Virus record (IMG/VR): IMGVR_UViG_3300010048_000019
Coordinates: 1-41,465 of that record
Direction: 5' to 3' (one strand)
From: a virus
Taxonomy: Duplodnaviria; Caudoviricetes
DNA: 41,465 bases
The position numbers and the translations under genes were made by a program. Positions 1-7,112 of this stretch are shown piece by piece. Each line of letters begins with the position of its first letter. The first letter of the stretch is position 1. The notes under the pieces are model-generated. The model saw only the letters and a list, made by a program, of their open reading frames with translations. It had not been told where the DNA came from and searched no databases.

Positions 1-2
1 AT

Positions 3-134
3 GGCGGTGGCGTTCAGATCTGGATCTCGGAACACAACCAGTCACTTGAGCGCAAAACGGCTCACGCACGGGTGATGGCTGAACGCCTGCGCGAGTACGG
101 GTTCAAGGCTTACAGTAATTCACGGATCGACTAG
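3..134 (+). CDS. C-terminal fragment of a phage hypothetical protein (truncated by window start)
   Basis: Frame 3 is open from base 3 to TAG 132-134: GGGVQIWISEHNQSLERKTAHARVMAERLREYGFKAYSNSRID*. It resembles, from memory, the C-terminus of a common phage hypothetical family. Not in the ORF track. Confidence 0.6.
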   Translation, partial: GGGVQIWISEHNQSLERKTAHARVMAERLREYGFKAYSNSRID

Positions 135-199
135 GCCAGAGAACGATCTAAGGACTGCGATATGTGCTAGGTTCTCGTGTATAACTTCACGCGAGACAC

Positions 200-228
200 T
201 TGACACATATCGCAGTTAGTGCTATACT
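200..228 (+). promoter_or_regulatory. sigma70-type promoter P1
   Basis: TTGACA (200-205), 17-nt spacer, TATACT (223-228), with extended -10 TG at 220-221. Confidence 0.85.
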
Positions 229-284
229 CCCATATTCATCCGAGTCGTGATCGGAAAACGACTCAAACCAACGGAGTTGACCAG

Positions 285-515
285 ATGAATAGCTACAAGA
301 TAATCCTGTTTGCCACAACAACAGGTGAACCGCATTGGGAAGTCCGCAGTGAGTTCTCATCGGACAAAATGGCTGAGGAATACACTAACAAGCTCTGCCG
401 CACGAGCAAGATAATCCGAGCGGCGGAAGCAGACGTTTGCCTGTTCAATATGACAACTGGCGTACACGTCGCGACCTTCAACATCACCACTCCAGTCCAT
501 GTGATCCGCACATGA
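285..515 (+). CDS. hypothetical early protein (76 aa)
   Basis: ORF 219..515. Start moved to ATG 285 because of GGAG at 273-276 and because the longer version overlaps P1. Confidence 0.65.
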   Translation: MNSYKIILFATTTGEPHWEVRSEFSSDKMAEEYTNKLCRTSKIIRAAEADVCLFNMTTGVHVATFNITTPVHVIRT

Positions 516-661
516 GCATCGTGGTTTATTATGCAAACTGTTGGACGTTCCGCGAATCGTCTGATCCAACGCATTATGTAGACATGTGGATCGACGACCA
601 GCAGAACTATTTCCCTTGCAACGTCTCAATCTGGATCGTGGAGGTCGGCGACGATGGATAA
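512..661 (+). CDS. hypothetical early protein (49 aa)
   Basis: ATGA overlap with the upstream stop; MSIVVYYANCW... is the C-terminal part of ORF 437..661. Confidence 0.5.
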   Translation: MSIVVYYANCWTFRESSDPTHYVDMWIDDQQNYFPCNVSIWIVEVGDDG

Positions 662-800
662 AGAACTCATGGAGCTAATCATAACAGTCGATGAGTATAT
701 CGTGATCAGTGGGTGTGATCGCACAAAACTGACCGACGAGGAGTGGCAGGCAATCACTGAGTTCTGCGACAGGCGTTTGCACGGTGAGGAGTTTCACTGA
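654..800 (+). CDS. small acidic hypothetical protein (48 aa)
   Basis: GGAGG upstream, ATG 654, TGA 798-800: MDKELMELIITVDEYIVISGCDRTKLTDEEWQAITEFCDRRLHGEEFH. Translated by hand. Confidence 0.55.
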   Translation: MDKELMELIITVDEYIVISGCDRTKLTDEEWQAITEFCDRRLHGEEFH

Positions 801-828
801 GCATGGAACAGCGAAAGGAGATCAACTA

Positions 829-945
829 ATGACACAAAAGCAGCACGATGAAGTAATCGCGAACGCCTCGTTCGCTTTCGCGCTAGTCATCCTGTTTGCC
901 ACGATGACTGCGTGGGCTTTTGATGTGGCAGGACTTATCCCATAA
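829..945 (+). CDS. small single-TM membrane peptide (38 aa)
   Basis: AAGGAG RBS, ATG 829: MTQKQHDEVIANASFAFALVILFATMTAWAFDVAGLIP*. Confidence 0.55.
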   Translation: MTQKQHDEVIANASFAFALVILFATMTAWAFDVAGLIP

Positions 946-957
946 TCGGAGAATACA

Positions 958-1308
958 ATGACTGAAGCGGAACTGGACGTAGAGTTGAAGAAGCTCGGCC
1001 CGCTCGCTCGAGCCAAGCTCGGCGCGTACACTGCACTCGGCATTGTAATGATCTCGAAGTCCCCGCAAGAGATTAAGCGGGACGCTATTCGCGAGATCAT
1101 CGACGTGCTAGCGGAGTCTTACAAATATCAAACGCTCATAACCGTAACGAAGGCGATCGCGAAAGCGATGGAGTCGCAGAATGCAGGGCAGGCGGTGTCG
1201 ATGGTCGCGGAAACCTGCCTTAAGCTGATCGAGTATGCTGAAGAGGCAAACAAGAACGGCAAAAAGCACTGTGATATTCTGAGTAATCTGATCGAGGGCC
1301 TTGAATAG
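958..1308 (+). CDS. hypothetical protein
   Basis: GGAG RBS; 116-aa helical-looking ORF in operon orientation. Confidence 0.7.
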   Translation: MTEAELDVELKKLGPLARAKLGAYTALGIVMISKSPQEIKRDAIREIIDVLAESYKYQTLITVTKAIAKAMESQNAGQAVSMVAETCLKLIEYAEEANKNGKKHCDILSNLIEGLE

Positions 1309-1310
1309 TT

Positions 1311-1381
1311 GCGACGGCTGGCCCTAAATGGGCCAGCTATCGCTGCTATCCAGCAGCCATCGAGGAGGGGAAACCTCGGTG
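1311..1381 (+). promoter_or_regulatory. two tandem stem-loops in the leader of the VPLPA-CTERM gene
   Basis: GCTGGCCC-TAAAT-GGGCCAGC (1317-1337, extendable to 1311-1343) and CATCGAGG-AGGGGAAA-CCTCGGTG (1358-1381). Confidence 0.55.
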
Positions 1382-1400
1382 AAACCAAGAGGAACTACCA

Positions 1401-2003
1401 ATGCGAAGCTTGAAATGGGGGCTACTTGCCACTGCCCTCTTCGTGGCACCAGCGTATGCGGACGTTATCCTCGACCCGCATCTTAGCGGGACTGGTAATA
1501 ACGTCGTCACGGAGTCTGTCGGCACCAGCGAAGTCGTCGGCGGGCTGAACGGACAGAACATCGACCTTGTTGACTACACCGATCTAACGCCTGGGTTCGC
1601 CTCGGCGACGAGCGGCAACGACATCAAGATCGACAACACCACGTCGATCAACTGGGACGTGGTTGATCCGAGCAATAACGTGCTCGGCACAACGACTCAG
1701 GTGTTCAGCCTTAAGGGCACAGGCGATGTGACAGCCTTCGTCACCACAAACGACGGGCTGTTCAGCTTCGACCTGGGCACGATCGGCACGGGGCAGTCAG
1801 GCTTCACCTTCACTGCGATCAATAACGAGGTGATGCTCAACATCCTGCTCACCGATTCCGTGAGCGGTGGGATCACGGACTTCGAGCACAATCGAATTGA
1901 CTTGGCTGTGAGCGAGGTTCCGATCCCTGCCACGTTGCCGTTGTTCGCCTCGGGGCTGCTCGGCCTTGGGCTGCTTGCTCGGCGTAAGCGACGCGTAGTC
2001 TAA
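1401..2003 (+). CDS. secreted VPLPA-CTERM / PEP-CTERM (exosortase-substrate) surface protein
   Basis: Signal peptide MRSLKWGLLATALFVAPAYA; acidic Thr/Ser/Gly/Asn-rich body; C-terminal VPIPATLPLFASGLLGLGLLA followed by RRKRR (motif + TM helix + basic tail). Confidence 0.88.
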   Translation: MRSLKWGLLATALFVAPAYADVILDPHLSGTGNNVVTESVGTSEVVGGLNGQNIDLVDYTDLTPGFASATSGNDIKIDNTTSINWDVVDPSNNVLGTTTQVFSLKGTGDVTAFVTTNDGLFSFDLGTIGTGQSGFTFTAINNEVMLNILLTDSVSGGITDFEHNRIDLAVSEVPIPATLPLFASGLLGLGLLARRKRRVV

Positions 2004-2006
2004 CGA

Positions 2007-2041
2007 CAAAAGTGGCCCACAGCAAAAAACTGTGGGCCACT
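2007..2041. terminator. perfect 12-bp inverted repeat; stem-loop / possible minus-strand intrinsic terminator
   Basis: AGTGGCCCACAG-CAAAAAA-CTGTGGGCCACT (2011-2041). The A-run on the left gives a short U-tract only on the minus strand. Confidence 0.5.
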
Positions 2042-2053
2042 CGGAGAGTTGAC

Positions 2054-2284
2054 ATGAAAGTATCAGAACTAATCAGAATCTTAGAGATGCTGCCGCCTGA
2101 CGCTAGAGTCGTCATCCACGGCTACGAAGGTGGATACGCCGACGCTGGAACAGTCGAGAAGATCGACCTTGTGCTGAACCAGAATACCGCCTGGTATTAC
2201 GGCCCGCACGAGAAGTTCAACGAGCTTGACCACTCGAAGATCGACGAAACTGGTTATATCATCACCACAGGACAAAGACAATGA
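2054..2284 (+). CDS. hypothetical phage protein
   Basis: GGAG RBS then ATG 2054 (MKVSELIRILEMLPPDARVVIHGYEGG...). The longer GTG version starts inside the hairpin. Confidence 0.7.
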   Translation: MKVSELIRILEMLPPDARVVIHGYEGGYADAGTVEKIDLVLNQNTAWYYGPHEKFNELDHSKIDETGYIITTGQRQ

Positions 2285-2589
2285 AGTGGAAAATGCTCGA
2301 AAAGCACATGACCCCAGAGGTTCTTGGCTTCATTCCGTACTGGCTGAACGAGGATAATCCTAAGTCTGCCGCGCAGCAGATTAACGATTGCTATCAGCAC
2401 GGCGGCGGCTGGAGACCTTTCAAGGGCTTCAAAATGCTCAAGGGCCACGTCCTTAGGTATCCCGGCGATCCAGAGATGAAACCGCTCGCTGAGGCTTTCA
2501 TGCGCGAGGAACTCGTCGTGTTCTATCGTCACGCCTGGGTCGCGGTCGTGCAGCCCAATGGCGATTTTGAAGTCGCGAGGGTCGACTAA
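2281..2589 (+). CDS. hypothetical phage protein
   Basis: ATGA-coupled 102-aa ORF (GFIP...GGGWRPF...YPGDP...VARVD). Confidence 0.75.
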   Translation: MKWKMLEKHMTPEVLGFIPYWLNEDNPKSAAQQINDCYQHGGGWRPFKGFKMLKGHVLRYPGDPEMKPLAEAFMREELVVFYRHAWVAVVQPNGDFEVARVD

Positions 2590-2912
2590 TGATCTACCTT
2601 ATATTACACAAGGTGAGAGGCGAGCCCACGCTGGACGTCGCGGAACCACTGAAGATCGGAGAGGAAAATGCCTGGATCATTCCAACGTCAGGCCATCGAG
2701 CCTTTCCGCTCTACAGTTGGCCTATTGAGGTCTTGCAAGACGTACGAACTGGCGACGTGCCGTACGCTTACCTCGACGGGAAGCTCCCGGACGATATGCC
2801 AGATCACTATCCTGCAACGGATCGGCTCAAAGCCAAGCCGAAGCTCACGGTGGTACAGACACAGCGGATTACTAAGATCGACCTGGACGACATCTTTGGT
2901 TCAGGTACTTGA
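2589..2912 (+). CDS. hypothetical phage protein
   Basis: TAATG-coupled 107-aa ORF. Confidence 0.7.
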   Translation: MIYLILHKVRGEPTLDVAEPLKIGEENAWIIPTSGHRAFPLYSWPIEVLQDVRTGDVPYAYLDGKLPDDMPDHYPATDRLKAKPKLTVVQTQRITKIDLDDIFGSGT

Positions 2913-2953
2913 CTTTGGTACAGTTCTAAATCGCAACCAGAAAGGAACAGGCG

Positions 2954-3181
2954 ATGAATGAAGAACGAAGGAAAGCACTACGCGAAGCTATTTCTTTGCT
3001 CGATGAGGTTCGTGGTAAGGTAAAGACTCAGAAAGAGGACGAGCAGAGTGCGTTTGATGCACTGCCCGAGAACATGCAGGGTGGTGAGAAGGGCGAAGCA
3101 ATGGAAGCCGCTATCGCTCAACTGGACGAAGCGGTTAATGAACTAGAGACCGCTATCTCAAGCATCGAGCAAGCGATATGA
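2954..3181 (+). CDS. acidic helical-hairpin phage protein
   Basis: MNEERRKAL...EDEQSAFDALPENMQGGEKGEAMEAAI, a pattern recalled from a widespread phage hypothetical family; purine-rich RBS. Confidence 0.75.
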   Translation: MNEERRKALREAISLLDEVRGKVKTQKEDEQSAFDALPENMQGGEKGEAMEAAIAQLDEAVNELETAISSIEQAI

Positions 3182-3273
3182 AAGTACCAGGCACGGAAGC
3201 GTTTAACTTGCTTGCAGTCGCCGTGATTGTTTTCTGTCTCACGGTCGACCTCATGCTATTCTTGCGCGGATAA
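3178..3273 (+). CDS. small single-TM peptide (31 aa)
   Basis: ATGA overlap; MKVPGTEAFNLLAVAVIVFCLTVDLMLFLRG*. Confidence 0.45.
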   Translation: MKVPGTEAFNLLAVAVIVFCLTVDLMLFLRG

Positions 3274-3395
3274 GCGAGATGCTGGCCTGTCGGGGTAAGA
3301 GATGCGTGTCAACTCCGCGCTCGCGCCCTTCCGCCCCAGCGATGCCGACAGTAGGGACAGGACCTGTCGGTCCATTCAGCAAACGGAGAAAGCAA

Positions 3396-4094
3396 ATGAC
3401 TAAATTCGGTTGGGATTTACCTCCCGGTGTAACCACATCTATGCTTCCCGGCAACACGCCGGCAGAGCAGAAAGAAGAAGCAGCCATTGACAAGCTGTAC
3501 GAAATCCTCGGACCTGTTCTAAATGCTCTCGGTGGTCCTGAGTCGCCCCACGAACGACTAGTCGATGAGGCTGTCGTTGAACTCTACAAGCAGATCGAAA
3601 TAGCCTATTCGTCGGGCTATGCTGACGGCGTGAGCGATAATCAGCTGGCTAAAGACGCTGAGCACGACACGCTGATGAACACTGCCTACCTCGAAGAACT
3701 GAAGTTGAAAGAGCGTCAGCACGACGAAGGTATGGCGCAGCATCACCAGTCATACAGGACGGCACAGGACGACAACTTGGAGAATGAGAAATGTGAGCCA
3801 TTGCAACTCGCCCCGGCTGGAAGCGTCGGCGCAGGCTTCTCGGCTTGTCTCAGCGTGACGTTGCACAGAGGATTGGTTGTACCCGCAGCCACTACGCAAA
3901 CATTGAGAATGGTCGGCGTAGCGCGACGGGCTTCTACCGTCGCATTTTCAGGGTGTTCTGGCGATGAAAAAAGCTCTCGGAGTTACACTCGCAACTGTCC
4001 GCTACACTACCCGAGATGGAAAGAAGCGCGTCTATCAGTACTGGAAGGCACGCATCTACAAGAAGCGGAAGCAGGTTCACCTCGGTATGTTTAA
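3396..4094 (+). CDS. acidic hypothetical protein; 3' third probably a read-through shadow over the HTH and AP2 genes
   Basis: GGAG RBS + ATG 3396 (MTKFGWDLPPGVTTSMLPGN...). After about 3790 the frame overlaps two better ORFs in other frames, so the true end is uncertain. Confidence 0.55.
   Translation: MTKFGWDLPPGVTTSMLPGNTPAEQKEEAAIDKLYEILGPVLNALGGPESPHERLVDEAVVELYKQIEIAYSSGYADGVSDNQLAKDAEHDTLMNTAYLEELKLKERQHDEGMAQHHQSYRTAQDDNLENEKCEPLQLAPAGSVGAGFSACLSVTLHRGLVVPAATTQTLRMVGVARRASTVAFSGCSGDEKSSRSYTRNCPLHYPRWKEARLSVLEGTHLQEAEAGSPRYV
3791..3967 (+). pseudogene. XRE/Cro-family helix-turn-helix gene with a disrupted 5' end (frameshift, nonsense or recoding)
   Basis: 3797-3967 reads AIATRPGWKRRRRLLGLSQRDVAQRIGCTRSHYANIENGRRSATGFYRRIFRVFWR*. 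It is preceded in frame by ATG-TGA (3791-3796), and its stop overlaps the next ATG (ATGA 3964-3967). Confidence 0.65.
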
Positions 4095-4146
4095 GAGCAA
4101 GACCGAGGCGCTTGCTGCCTATCAAGCTGCAGCGAGGGAACAATGA
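3964..4146 (+). CDS. stand-alone AP2-domain DNA-binding protein
   Basis: GV...WKARIYKKRKQVHLGMFKSKTEALAAYQAAA matches the AP2 pattern (WxArI...LGxFxtxeeAaxAY). Confidence 0.75.
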   Translation: MKKALGVTLATVRYTTRDGKKRVYQYWKARIYKKRKQVHLGMFKSKTEALAAYQAAAREQ

Positions 4147-4475
4147 ACCTACCTGATTACGCGGCGAGCATCTGGGTGGTCGGGGACACAGTTGTCCTCG
4201 GCTTTCCGCCGCTTGACGGTCTCACCCAGGGCCACACCGTCGCGTTTCCTGCCACCCCAGCAGGACTGGAACTTATCACTAACATCCTCCGCGATCGATC
4301 GAAAGGTGCGAAGCACCTGGCCGAGGATGGCTGCTTGACCAAGTGGCAGGTTGAGCAACGACTGAAGCACGACAAAAAGTATAACTCGATGCTTCAGGCC
4401 ATGAAGGAATCCACCGCTGATAAACAGCGGAAGGATAAGGAAGCAGAAGCGCTTCTTTCAGAGTTGGGCCTATAA
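4143..4475 (+). CDS. hypothetical protein
   Basis: ATGA-coupled 110-aa ORF. Confidence 0.7.
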   Translation: MNLPDYAASIWVVGDTVVLGFPPLDGLTQGHTVAFPATPAGLELITNILRDRSKGAKHLAEDGCLTKWQVEQRLKHDKKYNSMLQAMKESTADKQRKDKEAEALLSELGL

Positions 4476-4490
4476 CAAAGGATTGAACTG

Positions 4491-4781
4491 ATGAACGAGA
4501 AAGCGAACTCCTACGAAAATGCCCTGCTTGGTCTTCGCACAGCGAAGGACTTGATCGACCGGGCAGAGATTGAACTCAAACGTCAGCACGACATTAACAA
4601 TGCGCTGATGCAGCAGATCAGTAACATGCGAGCCGCATACGAGTCACTTAGCGAGGCGGTGTCTGGTGAAGCGAAGCATTTCCAGACCTTCTCGAAGCTT
4701 CCAAGTAATCGGGAAGCGGCAGATCGAGTTCCTCAGTTTCTAACTGAGAGGAATGGTAATGGCAGTCCCGACTCGCGCTGA
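4491..4781 (+). CDS. coiled-coil hypothetical protein
   Basis: AGGA RBS; heptad-like N-terminal half. Confidence 0.65.
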   Translation: MNEKANSYENALLGLRTAKDLIDRAEIELKRQHDINNALMQQISNMRAAYESLSEAVSGEAKHFQTFSKLPSNREAADRVPQFLTERNGNGSPDSR

Positions 4782-4968
4782 CACCTACGACAAGCTGCGA
4801 TACCATGTCGTGCAAGCACAAGAGAGCGCCGCTATGATGGCTCACTTGCACGGCATGGAGGACAATCGAAAGGATCAAGTGCGGGCGAAGCAATGGATCG
4901 AGGTGTCAGAGCATTTCAAGAGGATGCTCAAAACCCTAAACGCGCTCGCGAGAGGAGGAATAAACTAA
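4759..4968 (+). CDS. hypothetical protein
   Basis: GAGG RBS; ORF 4753..4968, with the second ATG better spaced. Confidence 0.65.
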   Translation: MAVPTRADTYDKLRYHVVQAQESAAMMAHLHGMEDNRKDQVRAKQWIEVSEHFKRMLKTLNALARGGIN

Positions 4969-4986
4969 GACAGAACAGTGACAAGG

Positions 4987-5019
4987 GGTATTGACAAATA
5001 CCTCAGATTATGGTAAGGT
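4987..5019 (+). promoter_or_regulatory. sigma70-type promoter P2 with a palindrome over the -35 box
   Basis: TTGACA (4991-4996), 17 nt, TAAGGT (5014-5019), TG at 5011-5012; GGTATT-GACA-AATACC dyad (4987-5002). Confidence 0.75.
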
Positions 5020-5034
5020 TACTACGTTAAATCA

Positions 5035-5061
5035 GGCCGGACCACACAAACTGGTCCGGCC
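5035..5061 (+). promoter_or_regulatory. 5'-leader stem-loop of the helicase transcript
   Basis: Perfect 10-bp stem GGCCGGACCA-CACAAAC-TGGTCCGGCC, no U-tract. Confidence 0.6.
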
Positions 5062-5081
5062 ATCACCAGAGGTGAACTAAG

Positions 5082-6635
5082 ATGAGTCTCGCAGACATCC
5101 TATCAGCTGAAGTTCAACCTGAAGTCATCGGCAAATATACACTCAGCAAGTTCGACGGGAAGCGGGAAGTTGTTCTAGTCGCGACGCCTGAGCAAGAGGC
5201 AATCATCGACTTCGTGCTGTCATGCAACGACAATCTGATGATCGACGCCCTAGCCGGTGCTGCTAAGACCAGCACCCTTGAGTTTATCTGTAAGTACCAC
5301 CCCGTTCAACCGATCCTCTGCCTAGCATTTAATAAGAGGATCGCGGATGAAATGTCGAAGAAGCTGCCCGGCCACGTTACCTGCCTGACGCTTAATTCGC
5401 AAGGCCATCGGGTGTGGATGAAAACCTGCTCGCGCAAGGTAACGCTAGACGCGCGAAAGTCCTACACCATCCTCAAACAAATCGTCGATGCTCTACCGCG
5501 CAATCAGCGGAGTGCTGCTTATGATGTCTTCGGTGAAACGCTGAAGGCGGTCAATAAAGCGAAAATCGCTGGCTACATTCCTGAAGGAAAGTACCCTCAG
5601 GCCACGCGACTGATCTCGAATGAGGAGTTCTGGACGTCGCAGGACGAAGATGACGTGGATATGGAACTAGTCGATCAAGCTCTCACGGAGTCAATACGCC
5701 AAGCCTACTTAGGTAACATTGATTTCGACGATCAACTCTACATGCCCACGCTTTTCGGAGGCATTTTTCCTCGCTACCCGCTCGTGATGTGTGACGAGGT
5801 TCAAGACCTATCCGAGATAAACCACGCGATGCTCACTAAGCTCGTCACTCAGCGTCTAATCGCTGTCGGTGATCCCTTCCAGTCCATTTACCATTTTCGA
5901 GGTGCGAAGAGTTCGGGCATGGGCTCGATGAAAGAGCAGTTCAAGATGCAGGAAATGGGACTGAGCGTGTCGTTCCGCTGCCCGCGCGAGGTGGTGAAGA
6001 ACGCTTGGTTCCGAGTGCCTCACATGAAGTGGCCGGAGTGGGCGGCGGAAGGTCAGGTACGGTCGCTAGACCACTGGACTGCTGATAGCATCGAGGACGG
6101 CGCCGCGATCATCTGCCGGAACAACGCCCCGCTCATCACCCTAGCTTTCAAGCTCTTGAAGCGCGGCCGCGGAGTGAAGTTGGTCGGCTTTGACATTGGA
6201 CCGAATCTAATCAAGACGATGAAGAAGTTTGGGTCTGACCTTATGTCACAGGACGAGGTTTTTAACGCGATCGACAGGTGGAAATCAGAGAAACTCCTGA
6301 AAGGAAAGGGCGAGGCTGGTATCCATGACAAAGCCGAGTGTATGTGTGTGTTTGCAGGCTTCGGTCCGACACTCGCTGCAGCCATCGCGTACGCTGAGGA
6401 TATGTTTCGACGAAGTGGACCAATTCAACTGCTCAGCGGTCACAAGTCAAAGGGACTCGAATGGGACGTTGTGTACCATCTGGATGCGTGGCGTATCCCC
6501 TCGACCTACGCCGTATCTGAAGAAGAACAAGAGCAGGAACAGAATATCAGGTACGTGATCGAAACTCGAGCGAAGAAGGCGCTCTATTTAGTGGATATGA
6601 AAACCTTCGAGAAGAAAGAGGAAGAGGATGGGTAG
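5082..6635 (+). CDS. UvrD/Rep-family superfamily 1 DNA helicase
   Basis: Q-motif TPEQ, Walker A variant ALAGAAKT, LAFNK (Ia), DEVQD (II), VGDPFQSIYHFRGA (III), SFRCP (IV), HKSKGLEW (V), YVIETRAK (VI). Confidence 0.93.
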   Translation: MSLADILSAEVQPEVIGKYTLSKFDGKREVVLVATPEQEAIIDFVLSCNDNLMIDALAGAAKTSTLEFICKYHPVQPILCLAFNKRIADEMSKKLPGHVTCLTLNSQGHRVWMKTCSRKVTLDARKSYTILKQIVDALPRNQRSAAYDVFGETLKAVNKAKIAGYIPEGKYPQATRLISNEEFWTSQDEDDVDMELVDQALTESIRQAYLGNIDFDDQLYMPTLFGGIFPRYPLVMCDEVQDLSEINHAMLTKLVTQRLIAVGDPFQSIYHFRGAKSSGMGSMKEQFKMQEMGLSVSFRCPREVVKNAWFRVPHMKWPEWAAEGQVRSLDHWTADSIEDGAAIICRNNAPLITLAFKLLKRGRGVKLVGFDIGPNLIKTMKKFGSDLMSQDEVFNAIDRWKSEKLLKGKGEAGIHDKAECMCVFAGFGPTLAAAIAYAEDMFRRSGPIQLLSGHKSKGLEWDVVYHLDAWRIPSTYAVSEEEQEQEQNIRYVIETRAKKALYLVDMKTFEKKEEEDG

Positions 6636-7008
6636 AGGTAAAGACATAACAGCGTACTCCCATCTCAAGGAGTACTTTGACCGGGCGTTTGTCTATCCTT
6701 ATCGCGTTGTACTGTCGTTTGAGGATACGAACTCTCGTAATCAGGTGCTCTATGACTTGTGGACGTTCGTCGCGAAGGATCGGGAGCAGAACAAAATACT
6801 GTATCCCGATCCAGGCCATATCATGCACGGAGCCTCGATCTACTCCGCGTTTGTCTGCCGAAAGAGCGGAACCCACAAGGTCATTATTGAGAAGCGAGCG
6901 AACTCTCTTGAGAAGGTTCGCTGGCAAACGGTAGACGATGAGGGAAACACAATAGAGGAGGGGACAGGACAGCCACCAGGACTTGCAGACAGTAAATCGG
7001 AACATTAA
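6628..7008 (+). CDS. hypothetical protein
   Basis: 126-aa ORF overlapping the helicase stop, purine-rich RBS. Confidence 0.65.
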   Translation: MGRGKDITAYSHLKEYFDRAFVYPYRVVLSFEDTNSRNQVLYDLWTFVAKDREQNKILYPDPGHIMHGASIYSAFVCRKSGTHKVIIEKRANSLEKVRWQTVDDEGNTIEEGTGQPPGLADSKSEH

Positions 7009-7040
7009 GCCGAAGGTGAAAAAATAATCGTCATAGACGG

Positions 7041-7068
7041 TTGACATTACCGGCGGAATATGTATCAT
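7041..7068 (+). promoter_or_regulatory. sigma70-type promoter P3
   Basis: TTGACA (7041-7046), 16 nt, TATCAT (7063-7068), followed by a GCGGA-ACAA-TCCGC hairpin. Confidence 0.65.
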
Positions 7069-7112
7069 AGAAATGCGGAACAATCCGCGTAAATCAAACG
7101 AGGAGAATGACA

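Noticed and set aside
1-199. Physical genome end or terminal repeat
   Set aside because: The window begins inside an open reading frame (3-134), and no match to the right end was seen.
3274-3395. tRNA, hammerhead or HDV-like ribozyme
   Set aside because: No cloverleaf or T-loop GTTC, no CTGATGA/GAAA core, and the HDV pairing order does not fit. Kept only as an unclassified structured-RNA candidate.
3279-4094. Single 271-aa protein as given in the ORF track
   Set aside because: The RBS supports a start at 3396, and the 3' part overlaps convincing HTH and AP2 domains in other frames.
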